Shown here: positions 46,101 through 55,728 of the stretch, in pieces
Layout of the letters: every line of letters starts with the position of its first letter
Numbering within the stretch: the first letter of the stretch is position 1
From: an uncultured Candidatus Saccharibacteria bacterium
Lineage (GTDB): Bacteria > Patescibacteriota > Minisyncoccia > Sungbacterales > JACQCQ01
Direction of reading: 5' to 3'
Assembly: GCA_964494945.1 (NCBI GenBank)
Contig: CAZBTX010000004.1
Coordinates: 27,385-91,384, forward strand
DNA length: 64,000 nt
Notes under the pieces: model-generated
Databases searched by the model: none
Told to the model about the DNA's origin: nothing
The model's input: the letters and a program-made list of their open reading frames with translations, nothing else
Made by a program: the position numbers and the translations under genes

Positions 46101-48686
46101 ATGCCTAGTCCGAAGAAATTAAATGTACGTCTCCCCAGGAACGTAAAACCCGAGCGTTATCGTTTGGTACTTCACCCAGATCTAAAGCGTTTTACCTTCC
46201 AGTGCGAGGAGACGGCTTATTTAAACCTTGCGAAGCCGACAAGGGAAATTGTTTTGCATGGGAAGGATTTAAGAGTTTCTTCAGCGAAAGCCGCGCGGGG
46301 AAAAGAAGAAATTAAGGCAAAGAAAATTTCATATGACGCGAAAGCTGAAACTATAACGTTTTCGTTCCCCTGGGTGATTCCAAAGGGGAAAATCGAACTT
46401 CAATTGGAGTTTACGGGTACTTTAAATGATCAGATGCGCGGGTTTTATCGAAGCCGCTATGAGAAAGATGGTAAAGAGCATTGGCTTGCGACAACGCAAT
46501 TTGAAGCGACAGACGCGAGAAGGGCATTTCTCTGCGTTGATGAGCCGGAAGCAAAAGCGGTTTTTGATGTAACACTCATGACTCCGCGGGGGCATACGGC
46601 AATTTCCAACACGCTGCCCGTGCATGTGGCGGAACATGAATCCGGATACCAAATCGTGAAATTTGCCCCGACGCCAAAAATGTCAACCTATCTTCTGGTG
46701 TTCATCGTGGGCGATTTCGAATTTGTAGAAAAAAAGACCTCCCGCGGGACACTGGTGCGGGTGTTCGTAACCCCCGGGAAAAAACATCAGGCCATGTTCG
46801 CGCTTGATGTAGCCGCGAAAGTCCTTACGTTCTTTGAAAATTACTTTGCGATCAAGTATCCGTTGCCGGTGCTCGATATGATTGCCATTCCGGATTTCTC
46901 CGCCGGAGCGATGGAAAACTGGGGAGCGGTAACTTATCGGGAGTCCGCGATTTTATTCGATCCGAAACATTCTTCGACCGGGAACAAACAATGGATTGCC
47001 TTGGTAATCTCGCATGAGTTAGCCCATCAGTGGTTCGGGAATTTAGTAACGATGGAGTGGTGGACCCATCTCTGGTTGAATGAAGGATTTGCTTCTTATA
47101 TTGAATACTTGGCAGTGGATCATCTCTTCCCGGAATGGGATATCTGGACCCAATTTGTGGTGCTTGATCTTGGCGCAGCCCTGAATCTGGATGCTCTAAA
47201 AAATACCCACCCCATTGAAGTGGAAGTCCATCATCCTTCTGAAATCAGTGAGATATTCGATGCCGTCTCATACCAAAAGGGTGCGTCCATTATTCGCATG
47301 CTTGCCGATTATCTGGGAGAGAAAAGTTTCCGCGACGGACTCCGGCACTATCTGAAAAAGCATGCCTATGCCAACGCAAGGACCGAAGATCTTTGGCTTG
47401 CGCTGGAACACGTCACAAAAAAGCCCGTGCGGAAGATTATGGCGGCATGGACGGGAAAGGCAGGTTATCCCCTGGTAAGAGCCAAGGAAACGAAAAAGGG
47501 CGTCGTGATTTTGCAGTCGCGGTTTTTCTCAAGCGCTATTATTCGGAAACAGACGAAAGATTCTACGGTTTGGAATATTCCGATTAATTTTCTGAAAGAG
47601 AGCGCCTCAAAACCCGAACGATTTCTTTTGGATAAAAGAGAAAAGCCATTTCCGGTCCGTCTAGAAGACGGCGAATGGGTATCATTGAATGCTGGAGCCT
47701 CAGGCGTTTATCGGGTTGATTATCCTGCTCCGATGTTGCATCGCCTTCGCGAAGCCATCGAAGAAAGGTCGCTTTCAGCGCGGGAGCGCCTGGCGATCGG
47801 ATCGGATACTTTTTCGCTTGCGGAATCCAGCGAACTTCCGACAACCGAGGCGCTTCTTCTTGCTAAAGCATACAAGGAAGAAACGGATTACTCTGTCTGG
47901 TCGGATTTGGATTCACATTTTAGTTATTTGGAAGGCTTACTGGCGGATGAGAATTTTTTAGATTCGTATCGGACGTATCTTCGCGGTATATATCAGGCAA
48001 TTGCGAAGCGAATGGGTTGGGAGAAAAAGAAAGGCGAAAAACATACAGATTCGCTACTGCGAAGTTTAGCGCTGTGGGGGTTTGGCTCTCGCGGGGAAGA
48101 TGAAAATACAGTCAAAGAGGCGAAACGTAGGTTCCGTGAGCTGCAAAAAGGGAAGCATCTTGATCCCGATATTCGCGGAGTTGTCTATGGTTTAGCAGCT
48201 CAACATGGCGGAAAAGCCGAGTATGATTGGTTTGTGAAGAGACACCAAGCCGAGCGATTGAACGAAGAAAAAGTGCGCCTTCTCCGGACATTGGGAAGGT
48301 TTTCCAATACATCGCTTCTTCGTAAAACTCTTAATTACACATTTTCAAAACATGTGCGCACTCAAGACGATATCTTCGGAATTCAGAGTGTTGCCGGAAA
48401 TCCGAAAGGCAGAGGACTCGCCTGGAATTTTGTAAAAGCGAATTGGAAAAAAATTCTAGAGCGGCACGGAAGGGGCGGACACGTACTCCCGAATTTTGTG
48501 AAGGTCGCTCAAATTTTCAATACCAAAGAAAAAGCAAAGGACGTGCGAGAGTTCTTTCGAACACACGAAGCGCCCGGCGCTATTCGCGCGGTGGAGCAAA
48601 CTATTGAGCGCATTGAGTCAAAAGCAGATTGGCTTTCCCGCGACCGGACAAAAATTAGAGAATGGCTAAAAAATACAAAAATTTAG
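46101..48686 (+). CDS. pepN: M1 aminopeptidase (PepN/puromycin-sensitive type)
   Basis: GAMENWG, HELAHQW...NEGFA, ERAP1_C-like tail. Confidence 0.95.
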   Translation: MPSPKKLNVRLPRNVKPERYRLVLHPDLKRFTFQCEETAYLNLAKPTREIVLHGKDLRVSSAKAARGKEEIKAKKISYDAKAETITFSFPWVIPKGKIELQLEFTGTLNDQMRGFYRSRYEKDGKEHWLATTQFEATDARRAFLCVDEPEAKAVFDVTLMTPRGHTAISNTLPVHVAEHESGYQIVKFAPTPKMSTYLLVFIVGDFEFVEKKTSRGTLVRVFVTPGKKHQAMFALDVAAKVLTFFENYFAIKYPLPVLDMIAIPDFSAGAMENWGAVTYRESAILFDPKHSSTGNKQWIALVISHELAHQWFGNLVTMEWWTHLWLNEGFASYIEYLAVDHLFPEWDIWTQFVVLDLGAALNLDALKNTHPIEVEVHHPSEISEIFDAVSYQKGASIIRMLADYLGEKSFRDGLRHYLKKHAYANARTEDLWLALEHVTKKPVRKIMAAWTGKAGYPLVRAKETKKGVVILQSRFFSSAIIRKQTKDSTVWNIPINFLKESASKPERFLLDKREKPFPVRLEDGEWVSLNAGASGVYRVDYPAPMLHRLREAIEERSLSARERLAIGSDTFSLAESSELPTTEALLLAKAYKEETDYSVWSDLDSHFSYLEGLLADENFLDSYRTYLRGIYQAIAKRMGWEKKKGEKHTDSLLRSLALWGFGSRGEDENTVKEAKRRFRELQKGKHLDPDIRGVVYGLAAQHGGKAEYDWFVKRHQAERLNEEKVRLLRTLGRFSNTSLLRKTLNYTFSKHVRTQDDIFGIQSVAGNPKGRGLAWNFVKANWKKILERHGRGGHVLPNFVKVAQIFNTKEKAKDVREFFRTHEAPGAIRAVEQTIERIESKADWLSRDRTKIREWLKNTKI

Positions 48687-48737
48687 CTACCTTTTCTCTC
48701 TGTATTGCACATCAAAAAACGCCACGGGGAGTAAGTG

Positions 48738-48781
48738 CCACAAACATCCTTACATACTTGAGAATATAAGGATGTTTGTGG
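48738..48781. repeat. Inverted repeat containing copy 3 of the 34-bp AACAT...ATGTT palindrome
   Basis: ccacaaacatcctta...taaggatgtttgtgg. Confidence 0.8.
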
Positions 48782-48861
48782 AAATGAAATATAAAAATGC
48801 GGGGTGTTAGATACGGAGGAGCGTATAAAAAGAATTCAAAAATAGACCTGCGGATGTTTTT

Positions 48862-48896
48862 AAACCCCTGCCCCGCGATTCGCGGGGCAGGGGTTT
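48862..48896. repeat. GC-rich 35-bp palindrome (REP-like or bidirectional terminator)
   Basis: aaacccctgccccgcga-t-tcgcggggcaggggttt. Confidence 0.8.
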
Positions 48897-49009
48897 TATT
48901 AGAACATACAATCCCACAATTTTTATGGTATAATTTGACACTATTGACTTTTCATTTTGAATTCGATATAAGAAATGAAGTTTCCAGGAAGCTCTAACAG
49001 CGCGCCAAC

Positions 49010-49068
49010 AACAGCACGTGGGTGACCGAAACATTGGTCATTAGTACCCACGTGCTGTTTTCTTTTTT
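49010..49068 (+). terminator. Long hairpin with internal stem and T-run
   Basis: aacagcacgtgggt/acccacgtgctgtt followed by ttctttttt. Confidence 0.6.
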
Positions 49069-49169
49069 CAAAAAATTATTTAGTACGTGATACACTTAGC
49101 GTCAGTCAAAACGGTTCTTCGTCAACTTTAACTTTCGTAAAAGGGGGGATGCGGATTAGTATTCAACAC

Positions 49170-49298
49170 ATGAATAAGTTAGTATTTTTATTAATAATGG
49201 CAGCGTTAGTATGGGGGGCTTATAAACTTGTCTCGCCTTACTTTTTTACCGACCAGGCGGGTGGGAAACTTAATGAATTCAAAGCCATGGGGCAATAA
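49170..49298 (+). CDS. 42-aa single-TM small protein (alternative start 49149)
   Basis: MNKLVFLLIMAALVWGAYKLVSPYFFTDQAGGKLNEFKAMGQ. Confidence 0.55.
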   Translation: MNKLVFLLIMAALVWGAYKLVSPYFFTDQAGGKLNEFKAMGQ

Positions 49299-49317
49299 TA
49301 ATTTTCTAACGGGGATG

Positions 49318-49432
49318 ATCCCGTTAGAAGCCGCGATCGCGGAAGCGGGATTTAAAGTTAAAGGATGTTATATTCAAAGAAAATAATATGGGCAGATTTG
49401 CGCGTTTGATCGCGATCTGCTTCTAACGGGAT
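49318..49432. mobile_element. Miniature element, CCCGTTAG...CTAACGGG family, copy 3 (at the CYTH gene start codon)
   Basis: Both ends nearly identical to 39982-40093; ATGA duplicated. Confidence 0.85.
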
Positions 49433-49949
49433 GAAGGAAATAGAGCTAAAATTCAGGGTTGCCAATTTTAAGGAAATTATTCCCAAATTAAAGAAGTTGG
49501 GCGGTAAATGCGTTTGGCGTGGGATAGAAGAAAGTTATTTTTACGATACACCCGCCAAAACCTTAAAAAGAAAGCATCAAATGCTGCGACTACGTTCATG
49601 GGCGGAGCATAGCTATTCGCTGGCGTTAAAATTGGAGCCGGAGCATTCGCACAAACGTTATAAGGTAAGAGATGAATTTCAGATAATTGTGGATGACATT
49701 AATGCGACCCGCGAAATCTTAAAGCATTTGGGATTCGTGGAATATATAAGATACAAGAAATATCGCGAGCATTGGAAACTGCCCGGGGCCTTCATAGAAC
49801 TTGATACTCTAAAACATCTGCATTTCGTGGAAATTGAAGCGTCTAAGGATCGTATTAATCAATTAGCTCAAATTTTGCGATTGGACTGGGGCCAAACTAC
49901 AACTCAAGGTTACCTTTCAATTTTAAGGGATTTAAATAGGGACGCTTGA
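49431..49949 (+). CDS. CYTH-domain protein (class IV adenylate cyclase/triphosphatase family)
   Basis: EIELKF, LRLR, KYREHW, FVEIE. Confidence 0.9.
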   Translation: MKEIELKFRVANFKEIIPKLKKLGGKCVWRGIEESYFYDTPAKTLKRKHQMLRLRSWAEHSYSLALKLEPEHSHKRYKVRDEFQIIVDDINATREILKHLGFVEYIRYKKYREHWKLPGAFIELDTLKHLHFVEIEASKDRINQLAQILRLDWGQTTTQGYLSILRDLNRDA

Positions 49950-50051
49950 ACGGCAAAAATATTGTGGATACCGAGATTGACGGACTATGTATTTTCCAGG
50001 TAAAATGAATTCTACGGAGGCCCGTTTAGGGCTTCACTTAATTTTCTGAAT

Positions 50052-50879
50052 ATGCATAAACTATCAACTTTAATCGTAGGCAGTTCTTTGGCTCTAGGGT
50101 TAGTATTGCCGGTAGCAGTATTGGCGGAGGATTCTGCCGGTGCTACAGCTGGCGGCACGTCATCCGACGGCGCGGCTAATACGTCGGTTACACCCGTAAA
50201 ACCGCCATTGCCGGGTGTTCGTGGCGAGCTCAAGGATTTGCGCCAAACCATCAACAAAGAGCGCGAGGGTATTTTGCAGAAAGCGGCCGAAACCCGTAAA
50301 AACATCATAGAAGGCGCCAAAGAAGCGCGTGAGAATATCAAAAATCAAGTGATGGAAAAGAGAAAAACTCTGGAAGCCGAGATAAAAGAAAAGCGCGCCG
50401 ATATTAAAGATAAGTTCAAAGAACGGCAGGAAGAATTGAAAAAGAAATTCGGCGAGGAGCGCTTAAGGCGCATTCAGGAAGTGGCCGCCCGCATGTTCAA
50501 GCATTTTGAGGATGCCATTGATAAATTGAGCAACGTGGCTGACCGCATAAGTTCCCGCATTGACAAACTGGCCGCAGACGGCGTTGACGTAACGGCCGCC
50601 AATGCCCAGTTTGAAATCGCTAAAACCGCCACTATGTCCGCTAAAACTGCGCTGGAGGATGCTAAGACCAAACTCACCTCGGCCCTTACTTCCAATAACG
50701 TCGGCCAGGGAGTTAAAAACATGCGTGAAGTATTGAAGGGCGTTGAGGACGCCTTGAAGAAAGCGCGTGAAGAATTGCGGAAAACCGTAGATGAAATAAA
50801 AAAGCTTAAGCCGCCGGTTCCTGCCACGACGGGTACTACGACGCCTGCTTCTACTGAATCAACAGCACCTGCTCAATAA
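50052..50879 (+). CDS. Secreted coiled-coil protein
   Basis: Signal peptide (AVLA), long charged helical region, P/T-rich tail. Confidence 0.8.
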   Translation: MHKLSTLIVGSSLALGLVLPVAVLAEDSAGATAGGTSSDGAANTSVTPVKPPLPGVRGELKDLRQTINKEREGILQKAAETRKNIIEGAKEARENIKNQVMEKRKTLEAEIKEKRADIKDKFKERQEELKKKFGEERLRRIQEVAARMFKHFEDAIDKLSNVADRISSRIDKLAADGVDVTAANAQFEIAKTATMSAKTALEDAKTKLTSALTSNNVGQGVKNMREVLKGVEDALKKAREELRKTVDEIKKLKPPVPATTGTTTPASTESTAPAQ

Positions 50880-50907
50880 TCATTAATAAACTCTAAACTG
50901 AAAAAAT

Positions 50908-51216
50908 ATGGAGCCAATCTATCAATCAAATCAGACACCGAGAAACACAATACCCCCAATGTCTCCAGTATCTACGCCGGGAAGCGGGTCTTCCATCAAA
51001 TATGTTTGGGTGGTTGTCGCTGTCATCGTGCTTTTGGCAATAGCATATTTCTGGTATTCGGGGACGTTTTCGTTGTATCAGCCGAATGAAACCGCGACAG
51101 AAGAAACAGCGCCAGCGGCTGATGATGTTACCTCAATTGAGGCCGACCTGGGCACAACCGACCTGGACAATCTTGGGGCTGATTTGAACAGTTTGGAAAC
51201 GGAGCTCAATCAATAA
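50908..51216 (+). CDS. Small single-TM protein with acidic tail
   Basis: One hydrophobic helix, DDVTSIEADL... Confidence 0.75.
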   Translation: MEPIYQSNQTPRNTIPPMSPVSTPGSGSSIKYVWVVVAVIVLLAIAYFWYSGTFSLYQPNETATEETAPAADDVTSIEADLGTTDLDNLGADLNSLETELNQ

Positions 51217-51229
51217 GGATCAAATCAGG

Positions 51230-51265
51230 CAATTCAAAAAAGTCCGGAGGGACTTTTTTGAATTG
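51230..51265. terminator. Bidirectional intrinsic terminator
   Basis: caattcaaaaaagtcc-ggag-ggacttttttgaattg. Confidence 0.7.
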
Positions 51266-51288
51266 TGGTACTATGCTTATAACTTCGT

Positions 51289-51696
51289 ATGAACCAAAGA
51301 AGAATGCCGCGGGACGACGATAAGTACCAATGGACCAATCACGTTGTTGAGAAAATGCGCCATTATGGGCTTTCAGAGGGAAGAGTCAGGCGCGTGTTGT
51401 ATTCTCCCAAGCGTGTGGAAAGTGGCGTGGCCCCCGGAACCACCGCCGTCATGCAGCCGGGCGGGACCGCGAAACATCCATATGAGGTGTGGGTAATGTA
51501 TCAGGACATAAAATCAAAAATCAAAATGTCCCGACATATCGAGGATCCTCGATTCTCTAAAGCAGAATCGGGACAAAAATCAAAATTGCGGAAACGGATT
51601 ATTAGCGCTTGGAAATATCCGGGAGTTTCCAAGCGGAGGGGCGAAGTGCCCGTGCCGGATGATATTCGCCGCTATGTGGCCAATTTAAAAGATTGA
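51289..51696 (+). CDS. Hypothetical protein (DUF4258-like N-terminus) with an in-frame palindromic insertion
   Basis: WTNHVVEKM...EVWVMYQ...IISAWKYPG. Confidence 0.7.
   Translation: MNQRRMPRDDDKYQWTNHVVEKMRHYGLSEGRVRRVLYSPKRVESGVAPGTTAVMQPGGTAKHPYEVWVMYQDIKSKIKMSRHIEDPRFSKAESGQKSKLRKRIISAWKYPGVSKRRGEVPVPDDIRRYVANLKD
51527..51575. mobile_element. In-frame palindromic insertion TGTCCCGA...TCGGGACA
   Basis: 8-bp terminal inverted repeats, internal 16-bp palindrome, CAAAAATCAAAAT on both sides. Confidence 0.65.
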
Positions 51697-51721
51697 CCCA
51701 TTGATGTAAGGTTATAAGCGT

Positions 51722-52402
51722 ATGAATATGAAGATTTTAGGAGTCATCGTTGGTTTAGCGCTTGTTTTTATAATAGGAGCTGTCTATTATCTTTCCGGCG
51801 GCAAAACCGTTGAATCGTCGCCGGGCTCAACAGAAAGTGCCATATCGGATCAAACAAAAACTATGGAGACAAAAATAAAAACATATAAGGTTTCAATGAA
51901 AACCGACGCGGGCGTTATTCAGCTGGGACTCTATTCAGCAGTGGCGCCAAAAACGGTGGATAATTTTATAACACTCGCAAAAAAAGGATTTTATGACGGC
52001 ATAAAGTTCCATCGCGTAGTTCCGGGCTTTGTAATCCAGGGCGGCGACCCGTTATCAAAAACCAATGACCCCAGAACGGGGAGCGGGGGCCCCGGGTACC
52101 AATTTGAAGATGAGATAAATCCCAAGGCCCTCGGCCTCTCTGATGCTGAAATTAAAGTTCTAGAATCACAGGGCTACAAATACGATTTCAGTTTGCCGTC
52201 TTTGCAGATGGAAGTAGGGGCTCTCGCCATGGCTAATGCCGGCCCTGATACCAACGGGTCTCAGTTCTTTATTGTTAGCGATTCGCCGCAGCCCTATTTG
52301 AACGGCAAGCATACGGTTTTTGGCAAAGTTACCGATGGCATGGATGTGGTTAAGAAAATAAAACAGGGCGATGTCATTCAATCAGTTGTGGTTATTGAAT
52401 AA
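51722..52402 (+). CDS. Cyclophilin-type peptidyl-prolyl isomerase with N-terminal anchor
   Basis: FHRVVPGFVIQGGDP, MANAGPDTNGSQFFI, HTVFG. Confidence 0.95.
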   Translation: MNMKILGVIVGLALVFIIGAVYYLSGGKTVESSPGSTESAISDQTKTMETKIKTYKVSMKTDAGVIQLGLYSAVAPKTVDNFITLAKKGFYDGIKFHRVVPGFVIQGGDPLSKTNDPRTGSGGPGYQFEDEINPKALGLSDAEIKVLESQGYKYDFSLPSLQMEVGALAMANAGPDTNGSQFFIVSDSPQPYLNGKHTVFGKVTDGMDVVKKIKQGDVIQSVVVIE

Positions 52403-52408
52403 TTCGAT

Positions 52409-53095
52409 ATGCATAAAATTTCTCCTTCGGGTATTAGTTCTCTCTTAGAATGCTCCCGATGCCTTTGGTTGCAGTTTAACAAAGACATCAAGCGTCCGCG
52501 CGGCATTTATCCATCACTGCCTGACGGCATGGATAATGCCTTCAAAAATTATTTTGACCAGTTTCGCGATAAAGGTATATTGCCGCCAGAGCTGGACGGC
52601 AAAGTGGATGCCAAGCTTTTTGGAGATGTGAAGCAGTTACATACTTGGAGAGAATTTAATTTTGGGCGTGGCGGTATCCGGGCGGAAATTAGTGAGTATG
52701 AAATGACGGTGGCGGGAGCGATTGATGATATTTTAGTAGCACCCGATGGTTCTTTGATCCCCCTTGACTTTAAAACCAGAGGATATCCCACCAAAGAAGA
52801 TACTCATAAACATTATCAATCCCAACTGGATCTTTACGCCTTATTATTTGAGAGAAACGGCCAGCGGGTTGCGACCAAAGGTTACCTCCTCTTTTTTTGG
52901 CCGGATGTATATCATAAGGACGGCGTTCACCTGAAAACTGATCTTGTGGAAGTAAGCGTTTCTTCCAAACGTGCTATGGCAGTGCTCAAGCATGTTCACT
53001 CTCTTATTATGGGGGAATTGCCCCTGGCGGCCCCCACTTGCGAATACTGTAGTTATCGCGAAGCCGCGGCGGGAGCGGTGGAAAACGAATCATGA
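52409..53095 (+). CDS. PD-(D/E)XK nuclease (RecB/Cas4-like)
   Basis: SPS...C..C, IDD, DFKT, QLDLY, CEYC. Confidence 0.85.
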   Translation: MHKISPSGISSLLECSRCLWLQFNKDIKRPRGIYPSLPDGMDNAFKNYFDQFRDKGILPPELDGKVDAKLFGDVKQLHTWREFNFGRGGIRAEISEYEMTVAGAIDDILVAPDGSLIPLDFKTRGYPTKEDTHKHYQSQLDLYALLFERNGQRVATKGYLLFFWPDVYHKDGVHLKTDLVEVSVSSKRAMAVLKHVHSLIMGELPLAAPTCEYCSYREAAAGAVENES

Positions 53096-54153
53096 TACTT
53101 CGTGGAGTAATTGCTTTTCTGGCGCTTTTTGCCATTTTTACTTCACCTTTATGGCAGAAGATTATTTTTAATGGGGCCCAACCATCTAAAAATAGCTTAA
53201 TCGAGGATTTGGTTTCCCATAATTTAATAACAGAGCTCTTTTTTCCGAAAACCACATCAACGCCAAATACAAAAGGCACAATTGCAGATACCCAAAATTA
53301 TTTGCCGAGTAAAGCCCCATTGATTGATAAAAAAACACTACCCGTATCTAAAGAAATTCCGGTTCCATCAAAAAGCCAGCCGCCAGTATCACCACAGCCA
53401 AAAATTGTTCCTCCAACTCCGCTCTTAACATCTAAAGAAATTTACGCTCTCTTGGATACGGCCATAGTGCAGATAGTATGCAAGGCCGGTGATAATCTTT
53501 ACGTTTCCGGGAGCGGGGTAGTGGTTTCTGATAAGGGCGTGGTATTAACTAACGCTCACGTGGTTGAGAATGGCAAGGATTGTTTTGTAAAGACCGGAAA
53601 CCCCGCCGTTATTTCCGGCAAAGCTGAAGCGCGTTTTATTGGGAATACAAAAAACTTTATTACTGACACTAAAATTCCCAAAGAAGATTTTGCGTTTATG
53701 AAAATTACGGAGAGAACCCCAAACTCCATGTTTGCGGAGCCGTTTAAATATTTGCGTCTGTCGTATACGTATACGCCGCAGTCCGGCGACGGATTTTATC
53801 TGGCGGCTTACGCGTCGGAATTCGTCGGCGGAGGCATTCCCTCCGGCGGCCAAAATCTGGTTTTCACTATCGCGAGGGTTCTTGATCTTTACACCGTGGA
53901 CGGGTCAGGTACGGATGTAGCAGAGCTTGAGGGGAATATTTCCACCCAGGAGGGCGCTTCGGGCAGCCCCGTAATTTCTCCCGTTGATGGGAGCGTTATT
54001 GGGCTTGTTTTCGGCCAAAATAAGGGCGAGGGCGGCGCCAGCGTCACCAGTCAAAGAACGGAATTCGCTTTTTTGATTTCCTACATCAATCGAGTTCTGG
54101 AAAGTACCAGAAACACAACTTTAGCGGATTTGATCGCGGAAGCAGGCCGTTAG
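53092..54153 (+). CDS. Membrane-anchored trypsin-like serine protease
   Basis: GSGVV, TNAHVV, DFA, GASGSP. Confidence 0.85.
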   Translation: MILRGVIAFLALFAIFTSPLWQKIIFNGAQPSKNSLIEDLVSHNLITELFFPKTTSTPNTKGTIADTQNYLPSKAPLIDKKTLPVSKEIPVPSKSQPPVSPQPKIVPPTPLLTSKEIYALLDTAIVQIVCKAGDNLYVSGSGVVVSDKGVVLTNAHVVENGKDCFVKTGNPAVISGKAEARFIGNTKNFITDTKIPKEDFAFMKITERTPNSMFAEPFKYLRLSYTYTPQSGDGFYLAAYASEFVGGGIPSGGQNLVFTIARVLDLYTVDGSGTDVAELEGNISTQEGASGSPVISPVDGSVIGLVFGQNKGEGGASVTSQRTEFAFLISYINRVLESTRNTTLADLIAEAGR

Positions 54154-54196
54154 TTGCGGTTGCGGCCTATTTTTGGTATTTTCCGTAGGTTAGATA

Positions 54197-55570
54197 ATGG
54201 CGCTTCAAGCTAAAACGTATTCGGCGGCAAAAAGGCGCGTAATAGCCGCTCTTCTTTTATTGGTGGCGGCACTCATCGGCATTTATGATGGCGCCGAAGT
54301 TTGGAACAAATATGTTCCCGCGACTTTGCGTTTGGGCGGCAATTTATCCGAGCCATATCGTTTAGGTCTTGATCTCCAGGGCGGGACGCATTTGGTTTAT
54401 CAGGCGGATTTTTCCAACGTTGATGTTTCCGACAAGAACGAGGCCATGCAGGGACTTAGGGACGTGATAGAACGTAGAGTTAATCGCTTCGGCGTTACCG
54501 AGCCGGTGGTGCAAGTTAACCACGTGGGAGAAAATTGGCGGCTGATAGTGGAGCTAGCCGGCATTAAAGATGTGGGTGAGGCCATAAAATACATAGGCGC
54601 CACGCCGCTTCTGGAATTTCGTGAAACGCGTGATGCTTCAACCACCGATATTATTCTTGAAGCCCAGAAAAAGGGTGAGCGAATCGGCGAAAATCCTTAT
54701 TTCCTTCCGGCACTCCTTACTGGTCGCTACTTCAAACGAGCCGAACTGCAGTTTGACCAAAATGTTCCCAATACGCCGATTATCGGCATTGAATTTAACG
54801 ATGACGGCGTCAAGATCTTCGAAACACTGACAAGTACTAATGTAGGAAAACCGCTTGGCATATTCATAGATAATGAGTTAATCAGCGCCCCCAACGTCAA
54901 TGAAGAGATTTCCGGCGGCAAAGCCGTGATCACCGGCCAATTTAGCGTTGATGAGGCCAAGACCCTGGTACGGAATTTGAATTCCGGAGCCCTTCCCGTA
55001 CCCATCAATTTGGTATCCCAGCAATCAGTAGAGGCCTCATTGGGCCTTACTTCATTGAAAGCATCATTGAAAGCCGGACTTATCGGATTCTTGATCGTGG
55101 CGCTATTCATGCTCTTTTGGTATAGATTACCTGGAGTTTTGGCGGTAGTGGCCCTTACGGTTTATGCCGTAATCACACTGGCGCTTTTTAAACTTATCGG
55201 TGTGACTTTAACAGTCGCGGGTATCGCGGGCTTTATTCTTTCCGTCGGCATGGCGGTAGATGCCAATATCCTTATATTTGAGCGCCTAAAAGAAGAAATT
55301 CTTCGCGGCCGCGCTCTTTCGGATGCTGTACACGAAGGATTCGCGAGGGCTTGGACTTCCATACGCGATTCCAACGTTTCCAGTTTGATAACCGCGGGTA
55401 TTCTTTATTGGCTGGGGACTTCCGTGGTTCAAGGATTCGCCACCACCCTGATTTTGGGGATTTTGGTCAGTATGTTTACGGCCCTGACTGTCACGCGCAC
55501 TTTCCTTTACGCGGTCTTGCGGAAAAATGCCGGGACTTTCTGGTATCTGTCAGGAGTTTCAAGGACATAA
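54197..55570 (+). CDS. secD: Protein translocase subunit SecD
   Basis: LGLDLQGG, GALPVP, GMAVDANILIFER. Confidence 0.96.
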   Translation: MALQAKTYSAAKRRVIAALLLLVAALIGIYDGAEVWNKYVPATLRLGGNLSEPYRLGLDLQGGTHLVYQADFSNVDVSDKNEAMQGLRDVIERRVNRFGVTEPVVQVNHVGENWRLIVELAGIKDVGEAIKYIGATPLLEFRETRDASTTDIILEAQKKGERIGENPYFLPALLTGRYFKRAELQFDQNVPNTPIIGIEFNDDGVKIFETLTSTNVGKPLGIFIDNELISAPNVNEEISGGKAVITGQFSVDEAKTLVRNLNSGALPVPINLVSQQSVEASLGLTSLKASLKAGLIGFLIVALFMLFWYRLPGVLAVVALTVYAVITLALFKLIGVTLTVAGIAGFILSVGMAVDANILIFERLKEEILRGRALSDAVHEGFARAWTSIRDSNVSSLITAGILYWLGTSVVQGFATTLILGILVSMFTALTVTRTFLYAVLRKNAGTFWYLSGVSRT

Positions 55571-55716
55571 ATCAAAATTCAAAATGCAAGGGAGAACGAC
55601 TAATTAATCTAATTTCTAATTATTCTAATCAAATCCCAATAACCCGAAATAATAACTAATGAGTCATTAGACATTAAGGCATTAGACATTGATTAGGTTA
55701 ATTAGAATAATTAGGT
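55571..55716. repeat. Inverted arrays of degenerate ~7-bp units between secD and secF
   Basis: ctaat units vs attag units; perfect 14-bp IR 55616-55629/55701-55714. Confidence 0.75.
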
Positions 55717-55728
55717 CAATTTTAATTT

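Noticed and set aside
52409-53095. Cas4 as part of a CRISPR system
   Set aside because: No cas1/cas2 or array; solo PD-(D/E)XK nucleases are common.
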